From a virus: a stretch of DNA of 64,000 nucleotides. The stretch lies in the IMG/VR virus record IMGVR_UViG_3300030419_007002, positions 32,001 through 96,000 of that record; one strand, given 5' to 3'. Below the pieces are notes generated by a model. That model ran no database searches. It was not told the DNA's origin and saw nothing but the letters and a program-made list of their open reading frames with translations. Positions 19,383-27,302 of the stretch are shown here, piece by piece. Made by a program: the position numbers and the translations under genes. Each line of letters opens with the position of its first letter. The first letter of the stretch is position 1.

Positions 19383-20314
19383 TTTATTTAGATGATTTAA
19401 CAGTTAAAGAATTGCTTGATAACAAGTGGCTTGAAATTGCTGAAGCCGTTGAGGAAGCATTTGTTGACCCAACGGCAGACATGGTTCCTAAAGTTTACCT
19501 TGAAGCAGGTAACGCTGGGGATTATAGGGCCATGCCAGCAGCATTAGGTGGCTACGCCGCTTTAAAATGGATTGGTGTGTTCCCTGACAATAAAAAACAC
19601 AGCCTTCCGACCACCATTGGTTCACTTATTCTTAACGATAGATACACGGGTCAGCCATTAATAGCAATGGACTGTACGACACTGACTGCGTATAGAACCG
19701 CCGCCACTTCCGCGATTGCTGCAAAATATTGCGCTCCAGACGCGGAAGAGTTTGCAATTATTGGTTGCGGGATACAGGGGAGGTACCATATCGAAGCCTA
19801 CGAAGCCATTTGTCAAGGCCACATGAAGTTAAGCATAGAGCTTTACGATACCAACGAAAGCCCCATGTTGCAAATGTTTAATTGGCTTGGTAGAGAAAAC
19901 CTTTGTCATGCTTGGGGCAGAAATAAGTCAGTAAAAGAAGCCGTTAAATACGCAGACGTTATCACGACACTCACGCCCTCGACTGAGGGCTATCTAAATA
20001 TACTTGATCTTAAAAGTAATTGTCATGTAAATGCAGTTGGCGCAGACGCCGTGGGTAAGCGTGAATTAATGACTAATGTAATTGACGGAGCCGCGAATAT
20101 CATTTGCGATGACCCAACGCAAGCTCTGCACTCTGGAGAATTACAATACAATGAGTGGCCTCATTTAGATGTTAGCTCCATGAATCATCTCATCAGGAAT
20201 CATAAAACCATGCAGTTAGACAGGGGCGTGTCAATATTTGACTCGACAGGGGTGGCGATAGAAGATATAGCTATCGCAGAATTAATCTATAGGCTTCACA
20301 ATGGACAAAAATAA
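19379..20314 (+). CDS. Ornithine cyclodeaminase / mu-crystallin family protein
   Basis: RAMPA, LTAYRTAATSA, GCGIQG, HVNAVGAD..GKREL, FDSTGVAIED. Confidence 0.9.
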   Translation: MIYLDDLTVKELLDNKWLEIAEAVEEAFVDPTADMVPKVYLEAGNAGDYRAMPAALGGYAALKWIGVFPDNKKHSLPTTIGSLILNDRYTGQPLIAMDCTTLTAYRTAATSAIAAKYCAPDAEEFAIIGCGIQGRYHIEAYEAICQGHMKLSIELYDTNESPMLQMFNWLGRENLCHAWGRNKSVKEAVKYADVITTLTPSTEGYLNILDLKSNCHVNAVGADAVGKRELMTNVIDGAANIICDDPTQALHSGELQYNEWPHLDVSSMNHLIRNHKTMQLDRGVSIFDSTGVAIEDIAIAELIYRLHNGQK

Positions 20315-20412
20315 TTTACTAAAATGGAAAATTCGCCGTTTAGAAGCTAAAATAAGTAAGCTAGAAGAAGAAAAAAGAACCTTGAAAAAGCGTCATAAAC
20401 ATCAAAGAAGTC

Positions 20413-20820
20413 GTGATAGAAAGGTATATATTCAATGCCGATGCTGAAGAATTATTTTATAATAAATTAAATAATTTACATGATAAGTATGTTTATCATC
20501 TTATATTAAGCGGAGTAGCAGATAAAGGCACGGATATTGAGTCTATAAAAATGACCAAAAATCCGCTTGCAAACAAAAAATATTGCGAAAAAATAGTGGG
20601 CGGGTTGGTAAATATCAAACCACAAATAATATCGAGCCTAAAAGAAGATGGAAAAGCCAAACTAGAGTGTATTTTTACAAAGATAGAAGACAATAAATAC
20701 TTAAACCATATCTACATGATACAGAATGTTATGGATTGGCCACAGCTAGACAAGTTCAGCTGCCAAATATGGTATCTCGGAGAGACTGGGCTTGAGGACA
20801 TTAAAAAAATTTGGGATTAA
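20413..20820 (+). CDS. Hypothetical protein
   Basis: 135-aa ORF in operon orientation. Confidence 0.55.
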   Translation: MIERYIFNADAEELFYNKLNNLHDKYVYHLILSGVADKGTDIESIKMTKNPLANKKYCEKIVGGLVNIKPQIISSLKEDGKAKLECIFTKIEDNKYLNHIYMIQNVMDWPQLDKFSCQIWYLGETGLEDIKKIWD

Positions 20821-20825
20821 TTTAA

Positions 20826-21311
20826 ATGAATACTTTTACTAAATGGTTTCTGATTAATGCGGTCATGGGAACTGCCGTTTTTTTTGCAGAACAAAAGGGC
20901 GCGGTATCTACCGTAATTAAAAATGACTTATCATATATTTCTATTTTGATAATGGCACTATACGTTGGAGTTTCTATTTACGTAGGGAGATTATGTTACT
21001 TAGCTGACAAAATAAATAAGAAAAGAGAAGACGACGCCAGAGAATATTTACTAAAACGATCAGACTTGGGGTGGTTCTCTGCGGAACATTTTTTCTCATT
21101 AGGGCTATTGGGTACGATCATAGGACTAATCTTCGCAACGAGAGGAAGTCTCGATTCATCACTACCAGTAGCAGATATAGTTGCGGGATTAAAAGAAGGG
21201 CTCAACACAGCCTTTTACACAACCGTGTGCGGAATTGTATTTAGCTTACCGCTACAGGTACAATTGGTAATTTTAAAATTTAAGCTAGAAACTCATGGCC
21301 ATAAAACCTAA
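20826..21311 (+). CDS. MotA/TolQ/ExbB proton-channel family membrane protein
   Basis: Four hydrophobic segments with LGLLGTIIGLI and GL..AFYTTVCG signature helices. Confidence 0.85.
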   Translation: MNTFTKWFLINAVMGTAVFFAEQKGAVSTVIKNDLSYISILIMALYVGVSIYVGRLCYLADKINKKREDDAREYLLKRSDLGWFSAEHFFSLGLLGTIIGLIFATRGSLDSSLPVADIVAGLKEGLNTAFYTTVCGIVFSLPLQVQLVILKFKLETHGHKT

Positions 21312-21456
21312 CAGAAGCGAAAGGCTCATCATAGTCATTGTGGCTTCAGCTGCGATTGGCTTTACGCTAGGGGTTCTGTCCATGGAGCAAAAGGTAAAAG
21401 AAAAAGACGAACAAGTAGAAGAACTACTTGGCGCAGTAGAGGATTTATTAAAATAA
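21295..21456 (+). CDS. 53-aa single-TM protein (below the ORF-track cutoff)
   Basis: MAIKPNRSERLIIVIVASAAIGFTLGVLSMEQKVKEKDEQVEELLGAVEDLLK; fills the gap exactly, TAATG coupling to the next gene. Confidence 0.65.
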   Translation: MAIKPNRSERLIIVIVASAAIGFTLGVLSMEQKVKEKDEQVEELLGAVEDLLK

Positions 21457-22049
21457 TGAGAAAATTTTTTTCATTCAGGCCATTCATTGACGTTTTGTTC
21501 TGCTGCCTTCTTATGTTGGTGGCGATCTTATTTCTGCTAAAGACAGAGGAAGAGAAAACTAAGTCTCGCCCTCCTAATGTGATTTATGAAATAGTACTGA
21601 CTTGGGATGGAGACAGTGAAGATGATCTAGACATCTATGTGCAAGCTGCATCGGGGCACAAGGTATACTTCAACAATAGGGAGGGCGGAGAAGGCAGTCT
21701 TATAAGCTTAGACCATGACGCGTTAGGCAAGCGAAGAAATAATAGCCTATCCCAAGGGCAAGAAGGGACTGTTGTAAAATTCAACGAAGAGATAGTCTCG
21801 TTTAGAGGGGTAACCGAAGGAGAAAACATAGTCACCGTTCACGTATATTCGAAAAGAGATGAAGAACCAACAGTAGCCACAATTAAATTAATAAAAATTA
21901 AACCATTCAGAGAAGTCATCACCAAGCAAAGACAATTCTCCACCACGGGGCAAGAAAAAATAGCCTTCAGGTTTAAAACAGACAAGGACGGAAACATCTT
22001 AGACGTAAATGAGTTACCAGCTAATTTAGTAAATCAATTAGGAGAATAA
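21456..22049 (+). CDS. ExbD/TolR/MotB-type TM anchor fused to a YfaP/DUF2135-like beta domain
   Basis: PFIDVLF TM helix with conserved Asp; soluble domain LTWDGDSEDDLDIYV...LDHD...EIV...GE..VTVHVY. Confidence 0.7.
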   Translation: MRKFFSFRPFIDVLFCCLLMLVAILFLLKTEEEKTKSRPPNVIYEIVLTWDGDSEDDLDIYVQAASGHKVYFNNREGGEGSLISLDHDALGKRRNNSLSQGQEGTVVKFNEEIVSFRGVTEGENIVTVHVYSKRDEEPTVATIKLIKIKPFREVITKQRQFSTTGQEKIAFRFKTDKDGNILDVNELPANLVNQLGE

Positions 22050-22051
22050 TC

Positions 22052-23050
22052 ATGAAACCATTAGTAGCAGTAGTAGACTGGAAGCAATCACCAAGAGGTG
22101 ATGAAAGTTGCTATATAGAAAAAGAGGCTATTGGTAATAGGGCGCGAGTTAAATATTTTAAATGCGATACGGATAAAGACTGGAAAGGGGAAGTATTAAA
22201 ATCGGACTATATCCTCTTATGGCACAATACAAGTATGCCCGATACAGTAATAAACAAGCTGGAAGACTGCAAAGCAATAATTAGAATTGGCACCGGATAT
22301 GATTCAGTCGATTATATTGCGGCCGCAACCAGAGACATCCCAGTTTGTAACGTTCCAGACTACGGAACAGATGAAGTTGCAGATCACTCCATAGCCTTAG
22401 CGCTTGCCCTTTGTCGCCAAATTATACCCATTGACCAAGAATGTAAAAACCTTGGTTGGGACATACCAAACAAAAATAAGATTCAAAGATTTGGAGAAAT
22501 GATGTTCGGGGTTATAGGGCTAGGCAGAATTGGAACATCTGTCGCCCTAAAGGCTAAAGCTCTCGGATTTGAAGTTCATTTTTATGACCCCTACCTTTCT
22601 AATGGCGTCGATAAATCCCTAGGTATAGCTAGAAGTAAAAATCTCGATAATTTTTTAGGCATGATGGATATAGTGTCCATTAATTGCCCGCTAACCGAAG
22701 AAACTCATCATATGATTACGAAGAGGGAGCTTAAAATAATGAGAAAAAATGCTTTCATTGTTAATACAGCGCGTGGATCCATTATAAAAAAGAAAGATTT
22801 ATTCTCCTCCCTCAGAAAAAATGATATAGGTGGCGCAGCCCTTGATGTAATAGAAGACGAGCCATTGAAGACAAAAAAAGAAGCCGAAACCCCCAACCTA
22901 ATTGTAACGTGTCATTCTGGATTTTACAGTATCCAAGCTGCATGGGAAATGAGACATAAGGCAGCATCAATCGCACGAGATATGATCTTAGGAGAAGATA
23001 TAGAGAATTGTATTAACTGTAATTTTTTACCAAGGAATTTTATAAAATGA
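22052..23050 (+). CDS. D-isomer 2-hydroxyacid dehydrogenase (CtBP/SerA-like)
   Basis: RIGTGYD, NVPDYGTDEVADH, GLGRIG, VNTARG, LDV..EP, HSGFYS. Confidence 0.9.
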   Translation: MKPLVAVVDWKQSPRGDESCYIEKEAIGNRARVKYFKCDTDKDWKGEVLKSDYILLWHNTSMPDTVINKLEDCKAIIRIGTGYDSVDYIAAATRDIPVCNVPDYGTDEVADHSIALALALCRQIIPIDQECKNLGWDIPNKNKIQRFGEMMFGVIGLGRIGTSVALKAKALGFEVHFYDPYLSNGVDKSLGIARSKNLDNFLGMMDIVSINCPLTEETHHMITKRELKIMRKNAFIVNTARGSIIKKKDLFSSLRKNDIGGAALDVIEDEPLKTKKEAETPNLIVTCHSGFYSIQAAWEMRHKAASIARDMILGEDIENCINCNFLPRNFIK

Positions 23051-23559
23051 TTTATTTATTATACGGACAACCGGGATCAGGCAAAACAACTCTGGGAAGT
23101 ATGTTGGCCAGAGAAATAGACACCCCATTTTTTATAGATGGAGATGAATTTCGTAAAATGTTTTCACGCCAGAACCTCGGGTACGGAAAGGCGGGCAGAA
23201 CCAAGAACATAAGGAATGTCAATGCGGTAGCAACCTTTTTAAATAAGAAAGGTAAAAGTGAAGACTGGATGTGCATTTATGTTCGTGACAAAAACAACCC
23301 CAACAGTATAGAGGGGATAAGCGTTAACAACGAAACTGATGTAGTTCTAAGTTTTGTTAACCCTTATGCAGAGCTAAGAGAAGAACTGAGGGTAGACAAT
23401 AAAGGGCAAGTGGTAGAGATTTTATTAAAGTCAGACAGAGATCTAAGGAAAGAATATCATGTTGAAGACTTCGAAGAAGGCAACCCAGATCACAGCATAT
23501 CCACAGACAAAGATGTTACAGAAGGTTGGGCTGAATTAAAAAATTTATTAAAATTATGA
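23047..23559 (+). CDS. cysC: Adenylyl-sulfate kinase-like P-loop kinase
   Basis: GQPGSGKTT, IDGDEFR, LGY...GR..NI, SFVNPY..LRE. Confidence 0.65.
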   Translation: MIYLLYGQPGSGKTTLGSMLAREIDTPFFIDGDEFRKMFSRQNLGYGKAGRTKNIRNVNAVATFLNKKGKSEDWMCIYVRDKNNPNSIEGISVNNETDVVLSFVNPYAELREELRVDNKGQVVEILLKSDRDLRKEYHVEDFEEGNPDHSISTDKDVTEGWAELKNLLKL

Positions 23560-23771
23560 AATTAATATTACTACTAGCAGCTTTTTATTTAGTTGGATGT
23601 TGCTGCCCAACATGTGAGCCAACTATATATTACAGCCCTAGCGGTAAACCATTCCCTACTAGTTGGGGTAGTCCTCCAGAGATACAGACTAAAGACTATC
23701 GACCCCTGCAAGAAGGTTATGGGCATGGCAGCAGCACCTTATATCATTGGATAGAGGAGAATCAAAAATGA
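23556..23771 (+). CDS. Small lipoprotein
   Basis: Signal peptide with lipobox LVG-C. Confidence 0.6.
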   Translation: MKLILLLAAFYLVGCCCPTCEPTIYYSPSGKPFPTSWGSPPEIQTKDYRPLQEGYGHGSSTLYHWIEENQK

Positions 23772-24223
23772 AAATATTACTATTCCTATTACTTACTAGT
23801 CTCTCTACCTACTCTCAAGTAGCTAGACCAACGTACAACCCATTCAATAATGGAGGCATTCCATTTTACGGTCAAAATCAAATGAGGCCGCAAAATAATT
23901 ACTACAATAACAATAACTTGTACAACAGACCGCAGTTTCCAAATAATACAAACCATCCTTTGAATTTTCATCGACCAAATAATTTTGGGTTTCAGAATAA
24001 TTTTCAAAGACCCCAGCAGTTCTTCCCGCAGAGTCAGCCGCAGCAAAATTGGCAGCAACCCCAAGTACAACCACAACAGCCTCAACCGCAGCAACCCGCT
24101 CCCCCACCAATGTTTACTAGAAAGTTCCATCTTAATAATGGATATTTATTCGGTAGGCCTACGCTATGGTACGACTCCAAATCTAACAAGATGCAGCCTT
24201 GGGTTAGGAAAAACCTAAGATAG
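23768..24223 (+). CDS. Secreted N/Q/P-rich low-complexity protein
   Basis: ATGA overlap with previous stop; signal peptide MKILLFLLLTSLSTYS then N/Q/P/F-rich tract. Confidence 0.6.
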   Translation: MKILLFLLLTSLSTYSQVARPTYNPFNNGGIPFYGQNQMRPQNNYYNNNNLYNRPQFPNNTNHPLNFHRPNNFGFQNNFQRPQQFFPQSQPQQNWQQPQVQPQQPQPQQPAPPPMFTRKFHLNNGYLFGRPTLWYDSKSNKMQPWVRKNLR

Positions 24224-24232
24224 CTAAGCGTA

Positions 24233-24499
24233 ATGAAAGCTAAATTTCCAGAAGGTTACGGGGAGTACAAAGAGTATGATTTTGATAACAGGATCAGCTA
24301 CGAAGAAGACTCTGATTCAATGTATATCTACGTCGCTCCGCCCCAAGGGCAAGTGGGGGCAGTAATGGTTTACAATGAAGATGGGTGTATGGTATCAATA
24401 GATACGGACGAAGTGAATACTCAAGTAGGTATTGAAATAATTGGCGTGTCTAAATTAATGGATAAATTTAATCTAAAGAATATAATAAAGAAGAACTAA
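24233..24499 (+). CDS. DUF2283-like protein
   Basis: ISYEEDSDSMYIY...IDTD....VGIEIIGVSK. Confidence 0.7.
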   Translation: MKAKFPEGYGEYKEYDFDNRISYEEDSDSMYIYVAPPQGQVGAVMVYNEDGCMVSIDTDEVNTQVGIEIIGVSKLMDKFNLKNIIKKN

Positions 24500-24500
24500 A

Positions 24501-24674
24501 ATGGAAAATAAACACAGAGAGCCTTGGGAAATCATAGGCATCATAACCTCAGGATATTTAGGAGTATTATTAGTGCATTGTGTACTTACGGCTATGGAGT
24601 ATGGAATGTTAATTGTAAATTATAAAAAAGAATTTAATTTGGGAGACTGCTTTCACGTGCCCTTATTAGTATAA
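24501..24674 (+). CDS. 57-aa membrane protein
   Basis: Read by hand: MENKHREPWEIIGIITSGYLGVLLVHCVLTA...; tiles the gap between neighbours. Confidence 0.5.
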   Translation: MENKHREPWEIIGIITSGYLGVLLVHCVLTAMEYGMLIVNYKKEFNLGDCFHVPLLV

Positions 24675-24835
24675 TGCTTAAAAAAATTATATTAATATTT
24701 TTTGCAGTTTTAACTATTCTTTTTGTTATACAGGCATTACCTGTTATACTTGCTATCGTTTATTTAGGGGGTTGGATGATATGGTGCGTTCTAACAGGGG
24801 ATTCTTTTTGGGGTGAGTATGGCCCGTTTTGGTAA
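24674..24835 (+). CDS. 53-aa very hydrophobic protein
   Basis: Read by hand: MLKKIILIFFAVLTILFVIQALPVILAIVYLGGWMIWCVLTG...; TAATG coupling. Confidence 0.5.
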   Translation: MLKKIILIFFAVLTILFVIQALPVILAIVYLGGWMIWCVLTGDSFWGEYGPFW

Positions 24836-24836
24836 A

Positions 24837-25133
24837 ATGGAAAGTCGAAAAAAATTTATAAAATGCAGTTGTCACGGCGAAGGTATGCTACTTGCCAAGT
24901 TTGACGGCGAAGAAGAAATCTATGTTAGCTTTTGGCGAGAGGGCATAAACCCCGTCAAATTAACTTGGTGGATGAGACTGAAGCTGTGTTACTTGGCTTT
25001 ATTTAAGGGCAATTATTATGACGACCAGTTAGTTTTAAGTAAAGAAGAAGCAAGACAGCTTTGTACGTGGATTCAGGATGAATACGACATGGACGCGGTG
25101 GAAAGAGAGATGGAAAAAGATGTGGAACAATAG
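24837..25133 (+). CDS. Hypothetical phage protein (CxCH motif)
   Basis: ORF from the ATG right after the previous stop; FIKCSCHGE. Confidence 0.55.
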   Translation: MESRKKFIKCSCHGEGMLLAKFDGEEEIYVSFWREGINPVKLTWWMRLKLCYLALFKGNYYDDQLVLSKEEARQLCTWIQDEYDMDAVEREMEKDVEQ

Positions 25134-25356
25134 AATCATAAAGCACGAAAAGGATGGAGTCACTTGGCATAGTGTCCATGAAGTCTTTTACAATGAAGAC
25201 GGTAGCATTTATGGTCACACCGAAGACCCAATTACTATCGTTGGAGAAACCGAAGAAGAAGCGGTAGAACAAGCGGAACAAATATTGAGAGATATTAAAG
25301 ATACGCCAGTTCTTGTGGCGTCTGAAATAGAATTTAAAGACCATGAAGAAATATAA
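25120..25356 (+). CDS. Hypothetical phage protein
   Basis: MWNNRII...HEVFY...G...TE.P pattern seen in small phage proteins. Confidence 0.55.
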   Translation: MWNNRIIKHEKDGVTWHSVHEVFYNEDGSIYGHTEDPITIVGETEEEAVEQAEQILRDIKDTPVLVASEIEFKDHEEI

Positions 25357-25696
25357 AAAAGAACGATTAGAGAAAAAAGGCTGGTCTGTTGGAGATACGG
25401 ATGATTTTCTAAATGACGAGTCTCTTGAAGAATTTATGTCTAGTGATTTTCCGAGGGTTTATATACATGACGTTAAAAATAACCCAGACGATACCTGCTC
25501 TATAGAAATTTCTACTAATAAAGCTTTTGACGAACTCTTTAAGAAAGAAAAAAATCGTAAGCGAGTTAGCAATAAAGGAATACAGGAGTTTTTTATAGAG
25601 CTACTCGAAAAGGGTCTAGCTAAAGAAGATGGGTACGATTTAAAGACATTAGACAAGCGTAAGTCAAGTCGTAAGGCAAGTAAACTTTACAAATAG
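25343..25696 (+). CDS. Hypothetical protein
   Basis: 117-aa ORF; N-terminus RLEKKGWSVG..DFL. Confidence 0.55.
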   Translation: MKKYKKERLEKKGWSVGDTDDFLNDESLEEFMSSDFPRVYIHDVKNNPDDTCSIEISTNKAFDELFKKEKNRKRVSNKGIQEFFIELLEKGLAKEDGYDLKTLDKRKSSRKASKLYK

Positions 25697-25722
25697 ACGG
25701 ACAAATGTAAAAAAGCTAAAAG

Positions 25723-25917
25723 ATGTTTAAAAGACTTTGGTTAATTTGGTCGAGGACGGTAGATCATCGCATTGGCAAAACCGACGATGACGCCCCAGAT
25801 ATTCCAATTTTAAAAAACAAAGATGCGAATATTAGTTTGTTAATAAGGACCGTAATCGTTATAATAAATGTAGTAACTTGTTTTTTTATTATAGCTAATG
25901 TGATAAGGCACTGGTAA
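25723..25917 (+). CDS. Small membrane protein of aquatic-phage type
   Basis: W..W...D...IRT...FFIIANVIRHW C-terminal TM. Confidence 0.55.
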   Translation: MFKRLWLIWSRTVDHRIGKTDDDAPDIPILKNKDANISLLIRTVIVIINVVTCFFIIANVIRHW

Positions 25918-25919
25918 AT

Positions 25920-26498
25920 ATGAATATAGCATTACCAATTTTATTATTAGTATTTGGAGCACTGAGCTTTTGGATACTCACTGAATCAAGCGTTAGGTGG
26001 TATATCAAAACGGCTTGCATTACAACGTTTTGTTTATTCACGATCGTTTTTTGGACAACTATACACACCTTCTTGGGGTGGTCGGCTCACGAAGAATATA
26101 TGCCTCAAAAAGTTTTGGTTCATTGGGTAATAATCAAAGAGCCCAATAAAGTAACCGAGTCGAAAGGCTCTATACACATTTTGATAGAGTCCATAGAAGA
26201 CGCAAAAGGAAATATGATTTCCAAATTCTTCGGCTACAGAACGGATAAAATTGAGCCAAGGCTATTTGAACTAAAATACAACAGAGAGCTTCACGAAAAA
26301 CTCGAAAAATTAAAACAGAGACTTAAACAAGGCCAACCTGTAGCTGGTAAATTCACCAAAGAAGGAGAGAAAGGAAAGGCTAAGGGTGGAAAGGGAAAGA
26401 AAAACGACAAGAACGGAGAGGGCAGCGAATCTCAAGAGCAAAGCTGGGAATTCCACGAATTATTACCATCAGAAATACAAGGGAAACCAGAGCGATGA
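25920..26498 (+). CDS. Two-TM membrane protein with soluble domain
   Basis: Two N-terminal TM helices, then GW..P...IKEP...EPRLF.L.Y..ELH, G/K-rich tail. Confidence 0.7.
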   Translation: MNIALPILLLVFGALSFWILTESSVRWYIKTACITTFCLFTIVFWTTIHTFLGWSAHEEYMPQKVLVHWVIIKEPNKVTESKGSIHILIESIEDAKGNMISKFFGYRTDKIEPRLFELKYNRELHEKLEKLKQRLKQGQPVAGKFTKEGEKGKAKGGKGKKNDKNGEGSESQEQSWEFHELLPSEIQGKPER

Positions 26499-26671
26499 AA
26501 GAAAAAATAAAAGAAGTATTAAAGCGTTACGAAAACATGCAGGTCAACTTAGGCTCAGAAGTAGCTAGAGATATATTAGCAGAAGAAATACTTTCGGCGC
26601 TAGACCCAGAGAAAGAAACCAAAGAGTGGCTAGATAAAAACGATAAGACTAGTGAATGCGGAGGAGTATAG
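26495..26671 (+). CDS. 58-aa hypothetical protein
   Basis: Read by hand: MKEKIKEVLKRYENMQVNLGSEVARDILAEEI...; ATGA overlap. Confidence 0.55.
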   Translation: MKEKIKEVLKRYENMQVNLGSEVARDILAEEILSALDPEKETKEWLDKNDKTSECGGV

Positions 26672-26862
26672 TGCACGAATTCAAACTACCCCCCTATATA
26701 TGCCCCTACGAAAAACGCAAGAAATTTTGCAGAAAAATAAGAGACACTGAAAAAGAAATCCAAAACTTGAAAAGCGAGGGGCGTTGGAAAGAGGTCGCCC
26801 ACTTACAATGTGTCTTAAGAAACTCTTGGTGGGGATACAAAAGATTTGCCGAAAACAAATAA
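26671..26862 (+). CDS. Small basic hypothetical protein
   Basis: GTG start preceded by GGAGGAG. Confidence 0.45.
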   Translation: MHEFKLPPYICPYEKRKKFCRKIRDTEKEIQNLKSEGRWKEVAHLQCVLRNSWWGYKRFAENK

Positions 26863-26880
26863 TTGTGTATAATAATATAC

Positions 26881-27294
26881 GGGAGCGTACTGGATTCGAT
26901 TTAGGGTCTTACGCCAGATTGCAAGTAGAGGATGATAGTTGGCCTCTTTAATAATCTATCTAGGAAACTTCAACTGCCGATAATATTGTTGATATGGCTC
27001 CTTCGCTTGACGAAGCTGATGCGATTCTCGCTAAGTTTGGTTGGACCGAAGAGGCCGCGATGGCAGCATAGATTGCCCCGTCCTACTCCGGATGCTCGTT
27101 AAGGAGATAGGGCGACGACAGCGAGCAAAACACTGGTTGAGTCTGGTTGAGTCTCCAGTTGCTTAAAAAAAGATAGACCAAACCTTACGTGAAGTTGTCG
27201 GTCACAGACACGTATTGCATTAGATCGACTAAGCTTGTAGTAATTTGAGCCGATGGCTTTAAAGACGCGGGTTCGATTCCCGCCGCTTCCACCA
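26881..27294 (+). ncRNA. ssrA: tmRNA, one-piece; tag ORF 26976-27071 ADNIVDMAPSLDEADAILAKFGWTEEAAMAA*
   Basis: 5' GGGAGCG..TGGATTCGA, 3' GACGCGGGTTCGATTCCCGCCGCTTCCACCA; acceptor stem with G3.U alanine determinant; AACT-GCC resume context and tag ending in AA. Confidence 0.95.
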
Positions 27295-27302
27295 ATTTTA
27301 AC

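Noticed and set aside
20301-20447. 48-aa basic coiled-coil ORF after the cyclodeaminase gene
   Set aside because: Plausible, but short, overlapping both neighbours and without a recognisable motif
20826-22049. Zorya defence system or flagellar MotAB
   Set aside because: The A subunit lacks the long ZorA tail, the B subunit lacks the OmpA-like peptidoglycan-binding domain, and there are no zorC/D/E or flagellar genes
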